Shown here piece after piece: positions 57,920 to 64,000 of a DNA stretch of 64,000 nt; position 1 is the first letter of the stretch, and every line of letters starts with the position of its first letter. Below the pieces are notes generated by a model. That model searched no databases, was not told the origin of the DNA, and was given only the letters and a program-made list of their open reading frames with translations. The stretch is from Scenedesmus sp. PABB004 (lineage: Eukaryota): positions 3,100,001-3,164,000 of the forward strand of contig CM026547.1 of the NCBI GenBank assembly GCA_014905635.1. The letters run 5' to 3'. Made by a program: the position numbers and the translations under genes.

Positions 57920-60374
57920 ATGGTGCGGAGCGGCCTGCCGCGGGCCCTGGCGGCCCTGGCGCGCGCAGGTGAGGGCGGATCAGGGGGACTGTGGCCTGAT
58001 CCGTCGCGCCCGGTCGCTGGGGAGCCGCCGCCGCGCCGCCAGGGAGCGCGCAGCAGCCGGCACCGGCAACGGCAGCGCCGCCGCTCACGCCGCGCCCCCG
58101 CCCCGCGCCGCCGCCGCCGCCGCAGGCCTCGCCCGCCAGACCGAGGTCAGCAGGTGCGCGCCGCAGCGCAGACGCGGCGCAGCGGGCAGCGGGCGGCGCG
58201 CCAGCGGGCGCAACCGACGCGGCGCAGCCGCCGGGCGGCGAGCAGCGGCGCCGCTCACGCCCGCCCCTGCCGCCCGCCGCCCCGCTCCCTTCTGCACACA
58301 GCAATGCGGCCGCGCCGGCGCTCAGGGCGCTGGGCCTGTCCGCCCAGCGGGTGAGCAGCAGCGGCGGCTGGCGGGGGGCGGGGCGGGCGCGGCGCGCGGC
58401 GGCGGGGCGCGGGCAGCGGGCGCCGCAGGCGCGCCGCGCGCGCGCGGCCGCGCCGCGCTCACCCGCTGCGCACGCGCGCCGCGCGCAGGGCTTTGCGGCG
58501 GAGAGCAAGCCGCTGGACGAGATGCGGCGCCCCAAGTTCAGCAGCAAGTACCTGATCCAGCACATCAGCCAGAAGCTCATCCCCGCGGTCAAGGAGTGGG
58601 AGAAGAGCTACCAGCCGCCCATCATCCACCTGGGGCGCGTGCTCAGCGTCGGCGACGGCATCGCGCGCGTGTACGGCCTGCGCAGCGTGCAGGCGGGCGA
58701 GCTGGTGTGCTTTGACAGCGGCGTGAAGGGCATGGCGCTCAACCTGCAGCACGACCACGTCGGCGTCGTCATCTTTGGCCAGGACCACGCCATCCACCAG
58801 GGCGACCTCGTCTACCGCACGGGCCAGATCGTCAACGTGCCCGTCGGCCCCGGCAACCTCGGCCGCGTGCTCGACGCGCTCGGCCAGCCCATCGACGGCG
58901 CCGGCCCGCTCACCGGCGTGCGCAGCAGCCTGGTGGAGGTCAAGGCGCCCGGCATCGTGGCGCGCCAGTCCGTGCGCGAGCCGCTCTACACCGGTGAGCC
59001 AAGCGCGCGCGCCGCGACGGCGGCCGCGTCAGCGGCGGCAGCCGCGGCCTGGCAGCAGCGGCTGCAGCGGACGCGGCCGGCAGCGGCGGCTGCGGCGGCT
59101 GCGGCAGCGGCAGCGGCAGCGGCAGCGGCGCGGCAGCGGCTGCGGCGCGGCCGCGGCAGCGGCGGCAGCGGCAGCAGCGGCAGCGGTGGCAGCGGCGGCA
59201 GCCGCAGCGGCAGCTTAGCAGCGCGCACGCCGCTGCAGCAACGGCGCTGACGCCCCGCCCCGCCCTGCGCCCCGCCGCACGCCGCGCGCCGCCAGGCGTC
59301 AAGGCGGTGGACAGCCTGGTGCCGATCGGGCGCGGGCAGCGCGAGCTGATCATCGGCGACCGGCAGACGGGCAAGACCGCGATCGCGGTGGACTGCATCC
59401 TGCACCAGAAGGCGTGCAACGCGGCGGTGCCCAAGAACCGGCGCGTGTACTGCGTGTACGTCGCGATCGGGCAGAAGCGCTCGACCGTGGCGCAGCTGGT
59501 CAAGCTGTTCACGCAGACGGGCGCGATCAAGAACACGATCATCGTCTCCGCGACCGCCAGCGACGCGGCGCCGCTGCAGTTCCTCGCGCCCTACAGCGCG
59601 TGCGCGATGGCCGAGTACTTCCGCGACACCGGCAAGCACGCGCTCATCATCTACGACGACCTCTCCAAGCAGAGCGTCGCGTACCGCCAGATGAGCCTGC
59701 TGCTGCGCCGCCCGCCCGGGCGCGAGGCCTTCCCCGGCGACGTCTTCTACCTCCACTCGCGCCTGCTCGAGCGCGCGGCCAAGATGTCGGCCGACCTCGG
59801 CGGCGGCAGCCTGACCGCGTTCCCCGTGATCGAGACGCAGGCGGGCGACGTGAGCGCGTACATCGCGACCAACGTCATCTCCATCACCGACGGCCAGATC
59901 TTCCTGGAGACCGAGCTCTTCTACAAGGGCATCCGCCCCGCGCTCAACGTCGGCCTCTCCGTGTCGCGCGTCGGCTCGGCGGCGCAGTTCCCCGCGATGA
60001 AGCAGGTCGCGGGCACGCTGAAGCTCGAGCTCGCGCAGTACCGCGAGGTCGCCGCGTTTGCGCAGTTTGGCAGCGACCTCGACGCGGCGACGCAGTACGT
60101 GCTGGAGCGCGGCGCGCGGCTGACGGAGATCCTGAAGCAGCGCCAGTTCAACCCGATGCCCATTGAGCAGCAGGTCGTCGTCGTGTACGCCGCGACCAAG
60201 GGCTACCTCGACAAGGTCGCGACCAGCGACATCACCGCCGCCGAGACGGCCATCCTGAAGCACGTCGACCCCGCGGTCTACAAGGTGCTGCGCCACAACC
60301 ACAAGATCAGCCCCGAGCTCAACGCGCACCTGCACGCCCAGATCACGGCCGTGCCGCTGCCGGTCAAGGCCTGA
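57920..60374 (+). CDS. ATP1: Mitochondrial F1-ATP synthase alpha subunit, nucleus-encoded with presequence
   Basis: [16 protein letters not shown], Walker [31 protein letters not shown]. Spliceosomal introns, presequence [15 protein letters not shown] and chlorophycean N-terminal extension. Confidence 0.97.
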
Positions 60375-61174
60375 GCGCCGCGCCCGCCAGCGCGCGGCGC
60401 GGGCGGCCAGCCTGCAGGCGGCCAGCGGCGGCGCGCGGGCTGGGACGGGCACGGGAGGGGGGCGGGAGCACAGGGGGGAGCGCGAGCGTGTGGCCGGCGC
60501 GTGGCGCGGCCGGCGCGCCGCGCGCTGCGCCGCCAGCCGGGCGGTGCGCGGCGCGTGGGGCGCGGGCGGCTGTCGGGAGCTTGGCAACCTGGACCGGGGG
60601 CACGGGCGTGGCTGCAACCTGGGTCGCGACGGCTCCCCCGAGCAGCTCGCGCGCGGCGCTGGAAGCTGACTGCGGCGGCGCGGCGCGATTAGCACGCGTT
60701 GAGCAAAGCCGCCGCGCCGCCTCTCCGTGCGCACTTGCATCGCTGGCCCGCCGCGCCCTCGCCGTCGCCGCGCGCAGCGCTGGGAGCCCCGCACGCGGCC
60801 AGACACACACCGACGACGTGCCGCTCAGCCCGCGCGCCTGCTCCCTCCGCGCACGCCCGGCCCGGCCGGCAGCCGCTATGGCCGTCCCGGCAGCTGCGCT
60901 GCTCCTGGCCGCGCTGGGCCCAGGAGCCTGCTGCTGGCATGCATGGCGTCGACCGTTGGTGTTCAAGTCCATAAACCAACATCAACCAACGTAAACCACT
61001 GGCACCCCCCCCGGATGCCCCGGTGCGCGCCAGGCACTAGGGCGGCGCCGCACGTCGCGCGCCCCGTCCGGCGCCGATTCCCCGCCGCGCGCCCGCGCCG
61101 CCTCGGGCCTGGGCCCCCGCCGTCCGCGCCGTAATTCTTATTGCAAAAAATCAACCACAGGAGTAGGTAGCCGC

Positions 61175-63396
61175 GGCGCGCGCTGCGGCGTGTGTCGATG
61201 CTCCCGCGCATGTCGTCGTTTGGCCGCGCCTTTGCGGCCAACGCGTACGCGCTGGCAACGGTGCTCTACGCGGGCCAGTTTGGGGGTGGCTTGACGGAGC
61301 AGCATCTCACTGACATCCTAAAGTGGTGCGGAGGGCTGGTGGACGCAGGGTTGGACCCCGAGGGCGACCTGCGCCGCCCGCCCGGCATCCCCAAGGCATG
61401 CATGGCTGCGCATCCGAGGGAGGGAGGCATGGGGCTGCTGCCGGTGCGCGAACACCTGCATGCGCGTTGGGCGATGGAGGGCGCGGAGCTCATCATGGGG
61501 CAGGGGGCCGCGGGTGCAGTGCCCTGGGCGGCGGCGTGTGGGGAGCTTTGGCGCGTGTGGGCAGATCGCGTGCGCCCCGATGCGGGCGCGTGCGGGGACA
61601 CGGGGTGGGGGTTGATGTTGTGCGACAAACGCCTTCTTTTTGACAGCGGGCGCCAGCGGCTGCCGCAGCCCCTGCGCTCGTTCGCGCTCGGGCTGCGCGC
61701 GCTGCCGCCGCTGGAGTGGCTGGGGCCGGGCGAGTATGACTGGCGGGCCCACAGCTGGGATGCCCCCCTGTGGGGCAACCCGCTGCTCACGGTGCGGCAG
61801 CAGTGGCGCTGGCCGGCCCAGCCGGGGGAGGAGTGTGTGCGTGATGTGGCAGTGGGCTTGGAATGTGTGGCGGCCCCGGGCTTGCGCGGGCTGCCCTGCC
61901 TGCAGACGGTGGGCCAGGCGGTCACGCTGCTGGCCGTTCTTGAATCGGATCGGTTGACTCCGCCTCGTTGGGGCCTTGGGTTGGCGGAACACATGAATTA
62001 CCTGGCTACAGTCTGGGTGCCATGCCTGGCTTCCCGGCAGTGTTACCAGGCAGGTAGGCAGCGTGCACTCGATGACGTGCGCGCGCTGGTTGACAGGCTG
62101 CCGCCATCCTGGGTGGCGGCGGCGCGAGCTCGGCTGGCGGCGGCGGCGCGCGCGGGCCAGCCCGTGAGCGCCCCGGCGCCGGTGCAGCCAGCAGCGTTGG
62201 CGGCGGCGCGTGCGGCGATTGCGGTTGGCCTGGGCTGGCCGCTTGTGGGTCGGCCGGTGCAGCCTGGTTGCCGGCCGGGGGTACGGCTGGGGCAGCTCAC
62301 GGTGGCGCTGGCCACGCGGCTGCAGGCGCTGCCGGCGCGCGCTGAGCTGCATGCCCGCCACCACCGCCACTGTCTGACGGTTTCTGAGTTTGATGGTTTG
62401 CCGCACATTGGGGGTGATGAGCTTGCGAAGCGCACGCGCCACGCCACGGTGTGCCAAGCCCTGGCGCGCTGGTGGCAGCTCAAGGTGCCCAACACGTACA
62501 AGGAGGCGGCCTGGCGGCTCACGCTGCAGGCCTTTCCGACTGCCAGCCGCATGCAGCCGGGGCCGGGCATGGTGGACTATTGTGTCTACTGCTGCCCAGG
62601 GCCGCCGGAGGCGCCGGAGCCAGCGGAGGCGTCCGGACTGGGCGGCGCGCTGCACCCGAGCGAGGCGCACCATTTCTGGCGGTGCCCGGTGGCAGGCGAG
62701 GTGTGGGGTGAGATCGAGAAGCAGCTGGCTGCTTTTGACTGGTGGCCGGACGGCGCGCGCTTGCACTGCAGGCACATCTGGCTGGGGCGCCGGCCGCGGG
62801 AGCAGCTGTCCCAGATGGTCTGGGACATGGTCTGCATCGCTGCAATTCACGCGTGCGAACGCGGCCGGCGCGTGGCCTGGATTTTCCTGCAAGTGCGGGA
62901 GCGTGCCTTGCCCTTTGACGTGGCTCGAGACATAGTCAGGCGGGCGGCAGTGAGTGCGTTTTGGGAGGCGCTGGCCGACTTTGCGGCGACCGCTTACGTG
63001 CCCCGCGCTGCCCGTACGCCCGACCTGACGGGCCAGCCCTTTCTGGCTTGGTGCACTCCCCGCGTCGCGGGGAGTGGCTTGGTTGTTATTCGGCGATGAG
63101 GATGGTGGCATTCTCCCAGCACTCCCGCGCGCGCGGGTTGCGCGCTCGCGGGCACGCGCGACCCGCGGTCACCGGCTGCCGCCGACACTGAAATACTGCT
63201 ACTGCCCAGCAGCGAGCGATCGGTCAAGGTGTGTGCGCGGAGACAGCACTGAGTGTGTGCAGGTGACGCTTTTGGGCGTGAGCGTGGCCACGGGCGGCAG
63301 CTGCGCGTGAGTGACTGACTATACCAAAGTGATGGGGTCCGTGTTTGCGCCGTAGGCGCTTGTTCACCCCTGGTAACGCCCTTCTTCTTCCAAAAA
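61175..63396 (+). mobile_element. 5'-truncated non-LTR retrotransposon (L1/Tx1-like) with short A-tail and 10-bp TSD
   Basis: TSD aggtagccgc at 61165-61174 and 63397-63406; A6 run at 63392-63397. Uninterrupted ORF to 63099 with post-RT motifs MSSFGRAFAAN and PREGGMGL, plus C-terminal CVYC...HHFWRC zinc-binding motif. Confidence 0.88.
61192..63099 (+). CDS. C-terminal portion of LINE ORF2 (post-RT region and CCHC-type domain; RT core absent)
   Basis: 635-aa stop-free, intronless ORF. No YADD motif because the element is truncated at the 5' TSD. Confidence 0.75.
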   Translation: MSMLPRMSSFGRAFAANAYALATVLYAGQFGGGLTEQHLTDILKWCGGLVDAGLDPEGDLRRPPGIPKACMAAHPREGGMGLLPVREHLHARWAMEGAELIMGQGAAGAVPWAAACGELWRVWADRVRPDAGACGDTGWGLMLCDKRLLFDSGRQRLPQPLRSFALGLRALPPLEWLGPGEYDWRAHSWDAPLWGNPLLTVRQQWRWPAQPGEECVRDVAVGLECVAAPGLRGLPCLQTVGQAVTLLAVLESDRLTPPRWGLGLAEHMNYLATVWVPCLASRQCYQAGRQRALDDVRALVDRLPPSWVAAARARLAAAARAGQPVSAPAPVQPAALAAARAAIAVGLGWPLVGRPVQPGCRPGVRLGQLTVALATRLQALPARAELHARHHRHCLTVSEFDGLPHIGGDELAKRTRHATVCQALARWWQLKVPNTYKEAAWRLTLQAFPTASRMQPGPGMVDYCVYCCPGPPEAPEPAEASGLGGALHPSEAHHFWRCPVAGEVWGEIEKQLAAFDWWPDGARLHCRHIWLGRRPREQLSQMVWDMVCIAAIHACERGRRVAWIFLQVRERALPFDVARDIVRRAAVSAFWEALADFAATAYVPRAARTPDLTGQPFLAWCTPRVAGSGLVVIRR

Positions 63397-63543
63397 AGGT
63401 AGCCGCACGCCCCGTTCCACGCCCCCTCACCGTCGCGCGCTCGCGCGCCCCGGGCCTGGTGTTGGTTCCGCGCTGTTGGTTCCGCGCCATCATCCAGGTC
63501 GCTGCCATGCATGGCAATCAAGGAAAACGCACATGAGCTTTTT

Positions 63544-64000
63544 CTAGTACCCGCGCTTGACGAGGCGCTGCGCAGGCATCTCGACCAGGAGGAAGCATGG
63601 CAGCGCCAGCCCGAGGCTGGCGAGCGTGAAGAGGGCGTAGCTGAGCAGGTAAACGGCCCAGCCGGCGAACAGCGAGGTCGTAACGCCGACCAACGTCCAC
63701 GAGGGCAGTCGGTCGAGCGGCAAGTCCTGGAGGAGGTATGCTCCGTAACTCAAGCTCGCGGCTGGCAGCCACAGCCGGCTGCCGACGACAAACTCAATCG
63801 GCCTGCAGCGCCCGAGCAGCGTCGCGCCGAGCACCCAGGCGAGTGCCGCGCCAAAGAGAGGGCGGCCCAGTACTGTAAGGAACAAGTCCAGGTCCAGGCT
63901 CAGCGTCGAGGTGTGGCGGTTGACGCCGACGCCCAGCCACGCCAGCCCGAGGCAGACCAGGAATGCAAACACGTCGGCGCACAGCAGCAGCGCGGCTGTC
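63544..64000 (-). CDS. Acyltransferase-3 (OafA/NRF-6-like) membrane O-acyltransferase, 3' end
   Basis: Multi-TM segment with RPLFGAALAWV, WLPAASLSYGAYLLQ and FLLVEMP motifs; stop at 63544-63546; continues beyond the window. Confidence 0.75.
   Translation of the reverse strand, partial: TAALLLCADVFAFLVCLGLAWLGVGVNRHTSTLSLDLDLFLTVLGRPLFGAALAWVLGATLLGRCRPIEFVVGSRLWLPAASLSYGAYLLQDLPLDRLPSWTLVGVTTSLFAGWAVYLLSYALFTLASLGLALPCFLLVEMPAQRLVKRGY

Noticed and set aside
61130..61175. U-rich minus-strand motif near the LINE target as an snRNA Sm site (Tx1-type snRNA targeting)
   Set aside because: No recognisable U1/U2/U5 sequence around it; a similar aaaaatcaac at ~24586 suggests a generic 3'-end A/T-rich tract.
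1..64000. Hundreds of long overlapping Arg/Ala/Pro/Gly-rich ORFs in the six-frame track
   Set aside because: Expected from stop-codon scarcity at very high GC; they are antisense, off-frame or intron read-through shadows of spliced genes.

Overview
This is very GC-rich, intron-dense eukaryotic nuclear DNA. Gene content points to a chlorophycean green alga, probably Sphaeropleales/Scenedesmus-like (inference): nuclear-encoded mitochondrial ATP1 with the chlorophycean N-terminal extension, an OPR protein, a histidine-kinase rhodopsin and FAD7. Most ORFs in the supplied track are GC-driven artefacts; real genes were rebuilt by manual splicing. About 18 host genes or gene fragments are present, including BCP/PrxQ peroxiredoxin, PWP1, an RRM+U-box protein, RanBPM, soluble PPase, a CASTOR/POLLUX-like gating ring, a TMEM14 fragment, OPR, HKR, GUCD1, FAD7, HLB1-like, CWF19L2, ATP1 and an acyltransferase-3. 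Most notable: (1) a compact Fanzor/TnpB-like RuvC-zinc-finger ORF (21401-22293, one frameshift) followed by a structured ~240-nt segment resembling an omega-RNA, between two divergent housekeeping genes; (2) an intronic H/ACA snoRNA in PWP1 whose pocket fits the 18S rRNA site near yeast U211; (3) at least ten GC-AG introns; (4) an HKR with tandem receivers and a degenerate cyclase; (5) a junction at ~28438 where two divergent genes both lack their 5' halves; (6) a young 5'-truncated L1/Tx1-like LINE with a 10-bp TSD. All calls are by eye; no searches were run.
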